A stretch of 64,000 nt of DNA from Amoebidium appalachense (GCA_963693365.1 CAVNZM010000006.1:5993264-6057263), one strand, 5' to 3'. Positions 13,850-50,773 are shown, numbered from the stretch's first letter. A program made the numbers and translations. Notes: a model not told the origin generated them from the letters alone.

Positions 13850-14723
13850 AGGGAGGTGACAATCCGAGAGATGAAACTAGAAAAATAGGAAAGGTTTACC
13901 GCAATAGTGACAGACAAAATGACAAAAAAGCAAGGCCCCTTAGACCAAACTAATATGTTATTTATAATGGTCTTGTATGCAGGAAAGCTTTATTTAGAGA
14001 AAGAAACTGAAGCAAAGCCAAAAGACTGGGAGATTATAGAGCAGGTTAAGCAAAGCCCGCCGCGTATCAGGTTGGCCAAGAGCATATATGTGATATGTGA
14101 CTAATAGTATACTCTAAAGACGCACCCGGTGCGTGTTTACTCAATCATATCGCCTAAGCTACAAACTTTCATTCAATCAAAAAGCGAGCTAGACCTACGT
14201 AATTCGCCAAGCGAGGGGAGCGACAAGCCTTCTGCTGTTTCCGAAGGGTGGAACCTTCGAACGAGCTAGGGACTGTGGAAAGAGATGGATGTACTGAGGT
14301 TGATGGGTGTACTGAGGTTGATGAAAATTCAGAGAAATCACTGAATGTGCTTTGAGGTAATCTACTAGATAAAGTGCAGGTGCTGAGTTGCTACTTTGGA
14401 CGGGTGCACGTCATCAAGCGAGAGAAGTCAGAATCCACACGGCGTGATAGCGAGTGCACGATTTTCCAGACTCTCAACTGACTTGTTTGTTTATGGCTCC
14501 ATACACAACACTAATGAGCCATTTGGAAGAAACAGCACTTGAAAGGTACTCTACTGTTGGATTTTAAGGGATAAAACCAAGTTGTTTTAGGCAGAACAGA
14601 GAAGCAAGGCCGAACTGTTGTTTTTAGAACGAGTCTTGTAAGCGAAAACCTGTTTTGGAAAGCAGAAGGAGGATAAAGAACCCACACATTAGAAAGCGAG
14701 AGTGGAACAGAAGCAAGGCCAAC

Positions 14724-15519
14724 ATGTGCTGTTCAAGATGGCATCTGGGCTGGCTGCCGGTGTCAGTCACACTCGTCTTGCTTGCTACCATCCTGACTAC
14801 GTGAGTGAGACACACTTCCAGTTCGTGCTTGCACGTTGGTTTACTCTTTCCACAGTGCTTGTTCCTAAAACTCTTGATGTTTTCAGAAGACGAGATGCAG
14901 TGACGTCTCTTGCATATTGCACGACATAGGGCCATATGGCAAACTTCACACACATTTAAGCTATTTATTTACAAGCAGTGTCACTAGCCAGATATATTAT
15001 GTTCACTTATTGTTCACTCGGCTATCACACCCCCCCCCCCCCCCCCCCCCCTCCCCCCCTCCCCCCCCCCCCCCCCCCCCCCCCCGCCCCGCCCCCCACC
15101 CTACCCCACCAATCCCATCCGCCTCTCCCCCTCTTCTACCCTTCCCCCTTCTTGCTCTCATCATCCGTTTGGGCTCTACCTTTACGATTTCGTTACGCTC
15201 TGGGTAAGCTCCTTGGTGCACGGCGTTCATTTTGACTCACGGCCAAGATGGTCAAAACTTCAAGAGAAATTATCACTTTTGCTCCATTTCCTTCAGTTTT
15301 TCTTCTCTTCTGAACATCCCTTCACGCCCCTGGATAAAAAAATGCATATATCACCTTTCTGGTTATGCTCTTGCTGTCTGTTTTCCTCCTTTTTTGTCCC
15401 ACCCCTTTTGGTCTTCTACTCTTCCTCAAGCCCCCGTAGACCTGTTTATGGACAAGATCACCGATATATTTCTCCTGTTCATACCTTCATCGTTTTTTTA
15501 GATCCTCCCCCCCTCCCCC

Positions 15520-15550
<31 letters not shown>

Positions 15551-16169
15551 ACTTCCACCCGCCGCCCCCCCCTGGGGGCTCTTCCCTCCCTCAACTCTCC
15601 ATCAACCCCCTGCGCTCCATCCACGTTCACCCACCCGCTAACACATCTCTCCCTCCCCCCCCCCCCCCCTCCCCCCCCCCTTCCCCAGCCCCCCCCCCCC
15701 ATTCCATCATATGTGGTGGTTCCAAAGTGTGGTGTCCTTCTTATTAACTGCCCCATGTATTCCTCCGCCAGTGCATCTCTGTTTACTTACTGTGCACCAC
15801 AACCCCCCCCCCCCCCCCCGGCTCCTTTCGTACCCTCCTCCCCCCTATCCCCTCTCTCCCCCCTCCCCCTTCTCCCCTCACCCCCTGCCCCCCCCCCCCC
15901 CCCCCCCCCCCCTCCCCACCCACCCACCCGGTGCCCTTGCAACGCACCCATATCCCACGCACCCTTTGTTCAATTGCTCAGATATACGATTGCGGTGGCA
16001 CGAGGGGATGTGCGCGCGGTTTTTCCGTATATCTCGTCCACCGGAGGATATGGGCCGGAGAGTTGCATATTCACACTGGGTCTTAGCACTACGGCCGTGC
16101 TCGGTTTGTGTTTTCCTCTTCTATTCTTTTGTCTTTTTTTCTTTTCTTTTCTTTGTTTTCTTTTCTTTC

Positions 16170-16200
<31 letters not shown>

Positions 16201-16269
16201 TTTTCTTTTCTTTTCTTGTTTTTTGTTTTGTTTTCTTTTCTTTTTTTCTTTTTCTTTTCTTTTTTTTTT

Positions 16270-16312
<43 letters not shown>

Positions 16313-16667
16313 GGAGGCAGGGCATGATCGACATTATTCATTGATGATGCATTAGTACCTGTCGGGATAATGTTTTTGACTTGTGGTTATATTACCTTCG
16401 TGTAAAATGATTGTTTTTCGGTTTCTGTTTGGCGAGGAAGTAAGCAGATAACAAGGAGGAGACGTCTTTTTGGTGGCATGTGTAAATTTCTTTTTTGTCT
16501 TTTCTTTTCTTTTTTTTTTTTTGGTGTAATTTCCTTTAAAGCCGGAGGGATTCCCGATTTGGATTTATAAGCACATTGTGTACTTGGTTACGGTGTGGGG
16601 GCTTTCACTCACTAATCACGCTGTGATGCTTACCTTTCTTTATCGATTTTGTTTTTATCCTCCTCCC

Positions 16668-16712
<45 letters not shown>

Positions 16713-16938
16713 ACTCACCATCACCACCCACACACGCACACCCATACACACACATACAAACACACACACACACACACACAAACACAAACACACAAATACA
16801 AACACACACACACAATCACTCTCGCACGCAGACTCGAACACCAACACAGGGACGCTTCTCATTGACGTTCTTGTTGACAGTTTTTTTTCAAAGTTGCTCA
16901 TTATTGTTTGTTTCTTCCGGCCCTCCCAGGGACAACCC

Positions 16939-16989
<51 letters not shown>

Positions 16990-17131
16990 CCCCTCTCCCC
17001 TCCCCCTTCCCGCGTTCCTTCCCCTGCCCGCATCCCTACCCGTCTCTTCCCGTGTGTGCTGTGTTTTTAGAGCATCAGCATTATGTTGTCCGTGGTAAAT
17101 GCGTACTTCATACTCTGACACATTTTGACCA

Positions 17132-17181
<50 letters not shown>

Positions 17182-17305
17182 AAAAAAAAACAAACAAAAA
17201 AACCCACAGGTATCCTGACGATATTTTTGAGATACAGGGACGTGGCTAGGCTCATCCAACGGTTAGTGCATTCCAATATTTCCCCAATTTTTCCTGAAGA
17301 GGTGT

Positions 17306-17336
<31 letters not shown>

Positions 17337-18559
17337 CCCAAAAAAAAAAAAAAAAAAAAAAAAAAGAAAGAAAGAAAGAAAGAAAGAAAAAGAAAAAAAG
17401 TAAATAAAAATAAATAAAAATGAAAATAAAATGAATAAAAAACCAGTGTGCTTTAGAAAATCTGCATGGGGTTGTCGTCCGTGGTGAATGTGTACGTCGT
17501 ACTGTGTAATTCCTTCTACACCCCCCCCCCCCCCCCCCCCCCCCCTCTCCTCCCCCCCCCCCCTCCCCCCTCTCCTCCCTCCCTCCCTCCCTCCCTCCCC
17601 CCCCCCCCCCCCCCCCTCCCGCAACCACCACCACCGCCACCACCCCAACCCAACCCACCCCAGCCCAACTCAACCCAACCCAACCCATCCTACCTACCAC
17701 CTTATATTGATCAACGTGTAGACCGTCCCTTTTGACCATATTTAGTAAATTTCTACTGCATATACTAATTATTTGCCTTTTATGGCTGTTATGTACACAG
17801 GCACAGGCATTTGGACGGCAAGTCAATCGATAAGCTCACATACCTCAATGATGTGTCCTTGTGGCTCGGTATCGCAATGTTCGGGGGCATGCTCGTCATA
17901 GGTGCTTTCCAGGTATCCCCTCCTCCCCCCCCCCCCCCCCCCCCTCCTCGCCCCTCCCCCTCCCACCCCCCTCCCTCCCCCTCCCACCCCCCCCCCCCCC
18001 CTTCCCTGGGCGCCCTTAGTGCAAGAAAGAATAAAAGATGTAAAACGAAATACAGATAAAAAGAAGTTGGAGAAGAGGCAAATGAACTGCCAGGGGGTTG
18101 GGGGGGAAGGGGGTGGGGGGTGGGGTTGGTTGGTTACTGTGGATGACTTGCTCTCTCTCTTCCCTCCAACCAAATACAAAGTCTTTTGGAGCTTGTGATA
18201 TGTGTGCTGCTGCCGAACCTTCGAAGACTCCCCCCCCCCCCCCCCCCTCCCCCCCCCCCCCCCCCCTCCACACCTACCCCCCCACACACACAGACACGCA
18301 AAACAGCAATGACAACAAAAGCAATTGAACAGCGACAACAACAACAACAAAGACAAAAAGAGAAAAGGAAGGAAAGAAAGAAAGAAGGAAGAAGAAAGCA
18401 GATTAAGGCAAAGCCTGAGATACTCTCGATAGAAGGATAATAACTACGAGTCTTCTGTACCTGTTCAGAAACCCCCCCTCCCGCCCCTCCCCTCCCTCCC
18501 CCCCCCTCCTTCCCCCCCCCCCCCCCCCCCCCGTATGCCTGCACACTCACACGTACACA

Positions 18560-18608
<49 letters not shown>

Positions 18609-19396
18609 TCCACAAACCTTGCAGAATGCAAGGTGCCGTCACGATCACAACCCTCGATACCCCATTCTCCTTACGTTTTCCCTCGTTTCCCCCTGGACAC
18701 AATTTATGTGGCTGCATCCCCCCCCCCCCCCCCCCCCCCCCCCGCCCTCCTCCTCCTCCCCTCCTGTATGCATGCACGTGTGGATGTTGCTACCTTATTC
18801 CGTTTTTTATGCTTCACGGCAGTAATAGGACCATCAAGATAATACAACAGTAAGAATGAAGATCATCCAAGCTCCCCCCCCCCCCAAAAAAAAACAAAAC
18901 AAAAAAAAAAAAAAAAAAACACATGCGCTCACTTGCGAGATTTCCCTCGCGCATATGCTGACACATGCACACACACACAAAACAGAACACACGGGTACTA
19001 GTCATGCATCTTGTGGGTGTGTGCCTGTCTTTCCCTGCCGGGGTGGCCTGGGAGGCCGTGCAAGTCTACGTGTCGTTCACCCTGCAGCACTCCCTAGCCA
19101 CGTGGAGGTATGTGTGTGTACATGTACATGTGTGTGTGCGCACGCGTGTGTGTGGGGGGGTGGGTGGATGGGTGTGGTGTGTGTGTGTGGGGGGGGGGGG
19201 GGGGGGGGGGGGGGCATGGGTGTGGGCACAGGGATGTGTGGGTGTGTGGGTGTGGGTGTGGTTTTTTACGTGTGGGGGTGTGTGAGCGCATGTGTGTGTG
19301 TGTCCGTGTGTGTGTGTGGAGGGTTGGGGGGGGGAGTGTTGAGGGGTGGGGGGGGGTTAGGTGTTTGTGTGGCTGCGTGTGTGTAGCCGTGTGTGA

Positions 19397-19431
<35 letters not shown>

Positions 19432-20603
19432 GGTGGGTGGGTGAGCCTCCCCCCCCCCCCCCCCCTCCTCCTCCCCTCCCCTCTCCCCCCCTCTCCTTCT
19501 TTCTTCTTTTGTCTGCGTGTGTGTTCCTGTTCTTATCAGGGGGAAGGGGCGTGAGGGGGGGGAAGGGGAAGGGAGGGAAGTTCTGACCCATCAATCTGTA
19601 CACCCAACCCCCCCCCCCCCCCCCCCCCTCCCCCCCCCCCCCTCCAGGCTTGGACTACTCGCATCTTCTTTCTGTTTTGGTGCCCTTTACACGTTTGCCG
19701 GTTGGGCCTCCCACTACCTCTCACCGGGCATAGAACCGGGCCACTGGGACCCCTCCATGCAAGGTGTGTACTGCTGCCTCCTGTCCAATATGAATTTCTC
19801 ATCGAGGAGGGGGGAGGAGGAGGGGGGGGGGGGAGGGGGGGGGGGGGGGGAGGGGGGGGGGGGGGCGGGCAGGCCGGAGGGAGGGGGGGGGGGGGGGGGG
19901 GAATAAATTTCTTCTACCCTCTGCAGGGGAGGGGGAGGAGGAGGAAGCAGGAATTCCCTCCGGGGGCCTCGAGGGGGAAGGGATGGGGGGGAGGGTTAGG
20001 AGGAGGGGAGCCAAGGAAAAACGTGGGGGGGGAGGGGGGGGGGGGGGGCAGGGTGGGTTGAAAAATCTTTTAAGTAGTGATCAAGTTAGCGTTTCAGAGA
20101 TGAAGTAGACGGTGATTTGTCTTCGTACTAAGGTGCTCTGTTTGAGAAGTGTTGTGCTGTCTCTCATTATTGCTCTTCTTGCTCGTCCACAATAACCCGT
20201 CTTTCTCCTCCCTCTAACCGTGACTCACCCCTTTCCCCCTCCTCCCCCCTCCCCCCCCCCCCCCCCCCCCCCCCTTTCTCCCCTCCCTCCCACTCTCTCC
20301 CTGCCCACCCAATATCCAGCAAACACGCGCATGCGGCACCCACCCAGACACACATATCACGCACACACACACAAACACACAACCACCTTCACCCCCACCC
20401 CCACCCCCTCACCCTCCATCTTACAATTCCCCTCCCCCACCTCCCCACCCCCATACACACGCATACACACACACACACACAACTCCCCCCTCCCCCCGCC
20501 CAACCCCCAACCCCAACCCCAACCCCAGCCCCCACTCTTCCCCCCCCCCCCACCCTCGCGCACACACACAAACACCCCCCTCTCCCCTCCCCCCCGCCCC
20601 TCC

Positions 20604-20675
<72 letters not shown>

Positions 20676-21056
20676 GTTTGCCTTTCACGTAGCCTCTGCC
20701 GTAGGAGAGTGGCTGTTAGCAGTAACATACAGTTCCTTTTTCTGCACACTGTGGCCTGACTTCAGTCGTATGACGGTTGAGGTGCACGTGAGTGATAAAG
20801 ACATTGAGTCAAACGGAGGTAATTCTCCCCCCCCCCCCCCCTCCCCCCCCCCTCCCCCTCCCCCCTTCCCCCCCCCCCCCCCCCCCTCTTCCCCTCCCTT
20901 CCTAATCTCTTCACAACCCCCTACCCCCTCCCCTCCCCCCCCCCCTCCCCCTTTTCCCTCTCTCTCTCTCCCTCCCCCCCCTTTCCCGCGCACGTGCCCA
21001 TCACCACCTTTTTCCCCGGACTCGTAACCTCACTTCCTCCCCCCGCCCCTCCCCCT

Positions 21057-21099
<43 letters not shown>

Positions 21100-21294
21100 C
21101 TCCCTTATGATGCATCAACACCCACCCTCACGCTCCTCCGCCCTCCCCCCCCCCCCCCCCCCCCCCCCCTCTCCTGCACAGTGCACGGTGAATCAATTTT
21201 TGGGTTGAGTTTTCTATACGAGGTGAATCGGGTAGAAACGCGGTACCCGGTGGACAACTTGAGTCTTCCCCTTGAGAATGGTCTCTGCTTATGA
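14724..21294 (+). CDS. DRAM: Frag1/DRAM/Sfk1 (DRAM/TMEM150) family multi-pass membrane protein, 8 exons, 285 aa
   Basis: GT-AG exons 14724-14800, 15982-16103, 17210-17261, 17801-17912, 18986-19107, 19648-19763, 20675-20818, 21182-21294; in frame throughout. Motifs [27 protein letters not shown]...[32 protein letters not shown] and PDF match DRAM-type proteins. Confidence 0.88.
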
Positions 21295-21418
21295 TTATAT
21301 ATATTATAATTACCTGTCTCTTTGCGCGTGGTTTGTAAAATTTGCATTGTGTTGCCCGTCGTGAATAAAAACTCTATGCCCTTTAGAGACGTTTGGTTAA
21401 TCCCCCCTCCCCACCTCC

Positions 21419-21471
<53 letters not shown>

Positions 21472-23534
21472 ACCACCCCGACACCTCTGCTTCCCCTCCC
21501 CCCCCCCCACCCCTCAGCAATAACCCATTCTACCCCCCCCCCCCCCCACACACACACACACACACATACACACGCACACCCCCCCCCCACGGTCACATGT
21601 ACCCCTCACCACCCCTTTCCTGGTGTAAACACCCCCCCCCCCCCCCCCCTCCCCTCCCCCCACCCGCTCACCACCACCACCATCACCTACGCTGCTCGCC
21701 CTTTGGCGCCTTTCGCCTCCGTTTTATTGTGGAGGCATAGGAACATTTCTGATTCTGACTGAACTTTTGGTTTGGTTTTCTCTCTTTCTATTTTTTCTAC
21801 TCCCCCCCCCCCCCCCCCCCCCCTTTCCTCCCCTCCCCCACCCCACCCATCCACCCACCCACCCACCCATCCTCAGCCCCCCCGTTGTATTATTTTCTCA
21901 ATTTGCCATTCTTTTTATAGTTTTATGATCCCCCCCCCACCCACCCACCCACCCACCCACCCACCCACTCCTACCCCTCTTTCCTCTTCCCTCCCCTGTA
22001 CGATCCCCCCCCCTCCCCCCCCCCCCCCCCCCCCCCGGCCCCCACCCCCCTCCTTCCTCTTTCCTCCTCCCTCCTCTGCACAATCCCCCCCCCCCCCCCC
22101 CCCTCCCCCTTCCCCCCGCGCTCCCTCCGGCTCGGAAAATGAACTCTCAGGATTCTGTACTGTACTCTTTGTGACTTCGTACTCTGTAACACATTCTAAC
22201 AACCCCCCCCCCCCCCCCCCCCCCCCCCCCGCCCTCCACCCCCTCCCCCTCCCCCCCTTTAACAGAATCAAGTGCAGTTGCCGAAGAATCTACAGCGCTG
22301 TTGGCAGGGCGATAGTGTTATCTACCTATGTGATGACTATAGAGCCGGGGTAGGTGTGGGCTGGCTATGTTGCGAGACCCGGTCATAGGGCACACACACG
22401 CGCACATGTACAGTCACACACGCGCAGGCACATGCACATGTGCACACGCGTGCACACCCACACACACTTACGCGCACGCACCGACACACACACGAACACA
22501 CACACACACACACACACAAGCACACACACGAACTCACGCACAAACACACACACACACACACACACACACCGTGGCATACACCAGCACGACGTACCTTGCA
22601 CATGCACACACACACAGAAGCACACACAGTGTCACCATCACTGCATTCTCAGCATAAACTTACGTGCACACTATTGCACACAAACAACGCCAAGGATGAT
22701 GAAAAGCACCGCACAATGTCATGATGTAGAAATGTTAGTCTGTCTGTGGCTCAGCCGTCGGACGGAGCCAAGACTTAGTGGAAGACAGTACTACTAGCCT
22801 CTGTGAGGTGAAACTTCAAAACTTTTAAATAACTAAGATATAAATTGAATTCGAAATTTATGCACACCACACACAGGAACCATGTCGTCGCGTCGTGCTG
22901 ACATGCTAGTAGCCTACACCATGCACATTATATTTTGCCTTGTATCATCAAACATTTTCTTGAACATCTTCAGTACGGTTATATTGTAGTGACTCGGAGC
23001 TTTTTTTGAGGCCGGAATAATTTTCTCAGCTGCAGACCCGTGTCGGAAGGGGGGAGGGGGAGGGGGATTGGGGGAAGTGTGTGTGTGTAGGGAAGGGGGG
23101 GGGGGGGGAGGGGAGGGTGGGAGGGGGGGGGGGGGGGGGGGCTGGGGTCCGGAGGGAGGAAAGGGGAGGGGAAGGGGGAGCTGGGGGCCAATTTTTTTTT
23201 TTTTAAAAAAAAAAATACTTTTCTTTTTCTTTTTCTTTTTCTTTTCTTTTCTTTTTTTTTTTCAAGCACAATATATGTCGGTGCTTGATTAACCGCCGCC
23301 GGGCCCCTACGTATGCCCCTTCTTCCTCCCCCCCCCCCCCCTCCCCCCCCCCCCCCCCCCCCCCCTCCTTCGGCCCTCCCGCCCCCTCGCCTGCAGAGGT
23401 TCACTGTCTTCATCCACCATTTTTTTCCCCCACAGAGTAGTATCCTTATTCAACAATAATATGGGGTAAAGCTTCAGTCACAGTAGTCACCTCAAACTCT
23501 GTGTGTGTGCGACACTGTGTGCGTGTGGCACTGT

Positions 23535-23578
<44 letters not shown>

Positions 23579-23950
23579 ACGTGTGTGCGTGTGTGTTTCA
23601 CAGTGTGTGTGACTGTGTACGTGTGTGTGTGTGGCACAGTGCGTGTGTGTGTAGTTCACGTACAAGTCTGTGTGTGTGTGTACTGTGTGTGTGCGTGTGT
23701 GTGTGTGCGGAGGGGCAGCGGCCCAGTGTAGTGTTTGCGGGATCATTGAACTTTATCCAATGCTCCCTCCGGCCAATCCGGAAACACAACATGTGCAGTC
23801 CAAATGCATGATATGTACATCATAATAATGCAGACGAGAGCCACCCCTTAGTAATGGTACCTCAGTACTACACGGCCATGGCCGCTAAAGCCACAGATCT
23901 TATAATTACAGACACATTATCTAAGACAACCCCCCCCAAAAAAAGAAGAA

Positions 23951-23981
<31 letters not shown>

Positions 23982-23990
23982 AGGAACTGC

Positions 23991-24774
23991 ATGCATCATA
24001 TGAAGTTTCCGGGCATGCGGCCGCGCCGCGCCCCCGGTCCCGGAGCCCGCCTCCCGGGTTAGGGCCCAGCTGCTGAGGCAGCCAGGCGCTCGGGCTGCCC
24101 GTGGATATAATTTCGAACCCTGCTTCCGAAGTTCCCAGATTAGGCGCACTCGGCCCAGTATGCGGAAAATCAAGCGTCCTTGTCTGCAAAGCTTGATACG
24201 GGCCGTATAAGCAGCATATGTATGCGGAACTGTACAAGCGACCGGTCTCTATCAATCTGATGTAGTAGGTATATTTTCCTATCTGCACCTATGATACCGC
24301 AAGCTTACTATCCAAAGTTTCGTGACAGATGCATGTAAATCACATGTGAATCCTGGTCGATACAGTACTACGGGCCGTGACCATGACATGATCGATATCG
24401 GTTTAGTTCTCAGTGACTGGATTCGAATATTCTGGGCCCCTGCAGCCTGGCAGGGCGCGTGCACGCTCACTCACCGTGGCATGATCATTGTGCATGCCGA
24501 GGGCCGAGACTCAATCGCTTGCCATTCATCATCAGTCAACTTGATGAATTCAGAAGGTGGGTATTACATTTGTTGTAGTGATATAGTATGGTTTCACGGT
24601 GTTGTAAGGTATGTGTTGTGTGTTGTGTGGTGCGTTTGCCGTGTACATAGAGTGTTTCGTATAACCAGCCATGCTATAAGGTTAAGTCAGAGGGCCTAAC
24701 AGTAGTTACATCAAAACATAGGGCCAGATGGGAGGTGAGACCTGGGAGGCATTCTGAAGCTTCATATGATGCAT
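23991..24774. mobile_element. Candidate non-autonomous DNA element (784 bp) bounded by 15-bp inverted repeats
   Basis: ATGCATCATATGAAG at 23991-24005 and its exact reverse complement at 24760-24774. GC-rich left interior, no microsatellites, no transposase ORF. Confidence 0.5.
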
Positions 24775-26406
24775 CAATACACTTGCCGGATGATAATAAG
24801 GCTTAAAGCAACAGAAACAGGTGACATTTGCCTGAAAAAAGCCAGCGAGAGATATGGGAGGAAATGAATGCTGTTAGTTGAAGAGTGATCATTTCAGTAC
24901 ACAAAACTCACCGGTATCATACCGTAGTACATACAACATAGGCTATGTCCGCATAGTGGTGGCTTCACTGGCACCGCATGGTTCAGGCCAGTCGGAATCA
25001 CGTTCTCATTTATCGCAACAGCAGGCTACCCACATTCCGATGTTGCTAAAATTAGCCAGTAATTACTAATTATTCTACGCACATGGCATAACATTATGAT
25101 GCATGTCGCTGGCGCAAAGTGCATAAATAAACAAAAAAGAAGCAGGAAAATGTGTTAATATTGCTGAATATTGCTCAGCCAGTTAACGCAGGTTGGCTCG
25201 GCTACAAGCCAAAAGACGCACGCTTCTATGAAGGGAGTCAATTGAACAGTCTTCTCAAGCTTTACCCCCTTCTACATTCCTTGCACATACCAGATTTTTG
25301 TCGACGAATCATGTGTGTCTCTTTTATACTCTGTACAACTCACGAATACCTGGGTGCAAGGCCCTGTAAAAAATTTCGTGCAGTTGCATTCCCTTGTACA
25401 TGCAAACGTATATGTGATCTTAAAAAAACCCCTGCGAATAACGCTACATTACTTGAAAACAATCTCTTTTTCATTTTCCAGTGAATTAGAAAAGGTTGAA
25501 AAAGCATGGCAAAAAAAGGAAAGCAAGTGAAAAAGGCATCGACTGGCATCGACATGGTGAGGCATGGGTATGTACTGTCACATTCCAGCGGAGCTGCTTC
25601 TCGTGCTTTCCGTGCCTTTCACCTTGTGGCATAATCACTGGAAGTTGGGCGACGCTCCCACCGTCCCATGCACCGTCGGCGGGTTTTTTTTCGACACACC
25701 GTGTGTCCAGCGCCGCCTGCGATCGTTTCAACATGTGACAAGGCGTGAAGCCTTTCGCTCACTACTTACAGCACACGTGAGCACTAAGCTTTTCTTACCT
25801 GATTTTGTTTGTGGCACTTTGTTCATTGCAGAAAGACAGTCTCTGATGCAAACTGAGGCGGTCTGACAGTTTACTATTACTACTAGCAGAATAGTATTAA
25901 TATTCCATAGTTTCCTAATTACTTTAGAGACTGCCTCATACACAGTGCCTTTTCCCCCGAATGTCTGGGCAACATCAGTTCCTCCCATATCAAAGAGAAG
26001 CCCAATTTGAAAAATCTTCGCCACAAGACACGGACAAGAAAACAACCACCAAAAATTCACTCTGCAGCAGCTTGCAGAAAGAACAAGCATGTTGGTGAAA
26101 TGTCTTTCGCTCTGAAAGGAGTAGTATATGCTGAGCTTACTTCACAGTAGAGAGAGCACCTTCTCCTTCCACTTGTTACCTTTAAGTGTCAAACATATGT
26201 GCCATAAGCTCAAGGGGTGGGACACTGTCGTGCTTTGAGAACTTTTCTACTCGTGATTCCTTTTTTTTTTCTACACAACACTCTTCGTCTTTTCGTTAGT
26301 ATTCATATACTGTCACTCCGTCTGTCTGTCCTACGCACATGCAACCCATTCCGTAATTTCCTTTTTCAAGGCCCTTGGCCTCTTTTCTGACGTGGCTTTC
26401 TCAGCC

Positions 26407-48371
<21,965 letters not shown>

Positions 48372-48779
48372 AAGAAAAAGAAGGGAAAAAAAGGAGGGGG
48401 GAGGAAGGGGAGAATTTCGAGGACATATGACAAAAATGTCAGCGTAGATAAGAGCCTCGTTATTGTGTGTGGGTTGTCGGTATTGGTATCTTTAATTTCG
48501 CTGTTAGGCATGTATATAATTTATGTAATAATACTATGTGGTCATGGTATGCAATTGGGAAGGTGAGGTGTTAGACTATGTGGTCATGGTATTGGTATGC
48601 AATTGGGAAGGTGAGGTGTTGGATGAATATGAGTGTGGAGTTGATGTGGTAGATGTGCACAACGGATGTCTATTTATAGTTATATGCCGTGACATGTTGC
48701 TGTGTGTGTCCGTGTGCGTGTGTGTGTGTGCGTGTGTGCGCGCGCGCGTGTGTGTGTGTGTGTGCGTGCGTGCGTGCGA

Positions 48780-48838
<59 letters not shown>

Positions 48839-49304
48839 TTCATGCGCGCGTGCGCATGTGTGTTGAATTTGTAAAGTTTATAGCTACTTGTTCGTTTCCG
48901 TAGGGGAGTGATGATGGGCTGAGCGAAGAAAGTGATATATTCGATTGGCTTATGATCAGGAGAGTGCACTGCATGTATCCATAGCATGTCATGCACCGCG
49001 AACCGTATTCCGTTTAGGATTTACAAAACGGAGACAGAAATGCCTAATGTTTCTATGCGATGTGATAAAGTTGTAGGTGGTAAATGTTCATATGTATCTA
49101 AGGTCTGTAACACAATACTGATGGAAGAGACTAGGGTCTGGTGAAATGCAAGAGTTGCCGGCCTGGCATCAGCGGAGTAGTTGATAAATCACCATGTTGT
49201 CCACTGTGTGCAGCCATGAAAAGTTCAACGATTGTCCTTTATATCCATACATCATTGGCCAGCCTGAGGTTGCATTACTGAGGCACCACCAATTGCAATC
49301 TCAT

Positions 49305-49419
49305 GCTTCAAAAAAAGCGATTTGGAAGGGAGCTCCAAGAAAGGGGGAGGAGAGGAGGAGGGGGAGGGGAAATAGCTGAGGGAAATACGAGGGTGTATGT
49401 GTGTGTGTGTTCTTTTTTG

Positions 49420-49470
<51 letters not shown>

Positions 49471-49795
49471 GAGGGGGCGGGGAGGGAGGAGGTACGGTCA
49501 AGGCCAGCATATTTTCTACAAAAAAAAAAAGAGAGAGAGAGAGAGAGTTGAGACAGCAATCGCATACTTCAAAAAAGCGATTTGGAAGGGAGTTCCGAGA
49601 AAGAGGAGGTGAGGAGAAGGGGGAGGGAAATAGCTGAGGGAAATACGAGGGTGTATGTGCACGTGTGTGCACGTGTGTGTGTGTGTGTTTTGGGGGGGGA
49701 GGGGGTGGAAGGGAGAGGGAGGAGGTACGGTCAAGGCCAGCATATTTTCTACAAAGAGAGAGAGAGAGAGAGAGAGAGTTGAGACCGCAATCGCG
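49305..49795. repeat. Diverged ~250-bp direct tandem duplication
   Basis: cttcaaaaaagcgatttggaaggga...aaatagctgagggaaatacgagggtgtatgtg...ggaggtacggtcaaggccagcatattttctaca...gagacagcaatcgc occurs twice; the copies differ mainly in homopolymer lengths. Confidence 0.88.
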
Positions 49796-49871
49796 ATAAG
49801 TAATGGCAGTTTAATGGCTCCAAATTCCATAATCGTTTCAAATCCAGCATTGGCCCAAGCCAAATGCAGTA

Positions 49872-50737
49872 CAGTATGCGTCCACGCATAACATACTCCA
49901 CGCACAACATAACGTCGACGCCGATTTTCAAAAATCTTAACATACTGACCTCGGTCATTTTTCGGGATTATGTTAGCGCACCAAGGGGTCCTATACATAG
50001 TAGGACGAGTAATCGGGTTTATCTGGTCAGTTTAGACCCCCTATGTTTAGTATTTCGATCTCTTTCCCAGACAAAACAGTGGTTCGCCGTGATTTCAACG
50101 ACCGCCCAGGGCCAATGATAGGCGGCGGCCGCACATCGCATGGTATGCAAAGGACTCATGTGGCCGACTATGTCGATAAACGAGCAGAAACATACGAAGG
50201 CCCCAACTAGTTCGAAGCAGTCTTGTATAGCTAGTTTTTACATCCTAGTCATATAGGCAGGTTGAATGCATATTAAACCCACCGATCATGACCAAGCCAG
50301 TAGTCCAGGTGCAGGCATCTGCACTTGGGGCGTTGAATAGTGCACTGCACACAGTAAATGAGGCCACAGACAAGTTTCAGGAAACTACCCAAGAAGCCCA
50401 AGCAATCATTTCTGAGGGTTTTGTAAACGCAAACAACACAATCAACAACGCAACCACACGTGCAATTGCACAAGCCGAAACGGCAAAAGCACAATTGCGC
50501 TCGCACATGGAGAGTTTAGAGAGCCGCAGAACCCCCACACGCGCGGAGTCGCTGAGTCTTTTCCGTGTGAGTTACGGTAATGGTTTGGAGCTTGATGAAA
50601 CCCTGAATACGGATTTGTATGAGGCGAAGGGGGAGGGGTTGCCTCTTACTCGTGTAGGTGTGTGGTGCCAAATTCGTGGTGTGAGAGTAAGGTGTGAGGG
50701 AGCAGAAGAACTAGTACGTCCTTGTTTGTATGAGTTG

Positions 50738-50773
<36 letters not shown>

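Noticed and set aside
12420-14600. Complex intergenic sequence and short ORFs between the divergent DGAT2 and DRAM genes
   Set aside because: No recognisable protein motif, splice chain or terminal repeats. Nearby CCAAT-like sites (11793, 11961, 12221) are too short to support a promoter call.
5677-21294. Functional clustering of DGAT2 and DRAM (lipid droplet/autophagy)
   Set aside because: Head-to-head adjacency alone is not evidence of co-regulation in a eukaryote.
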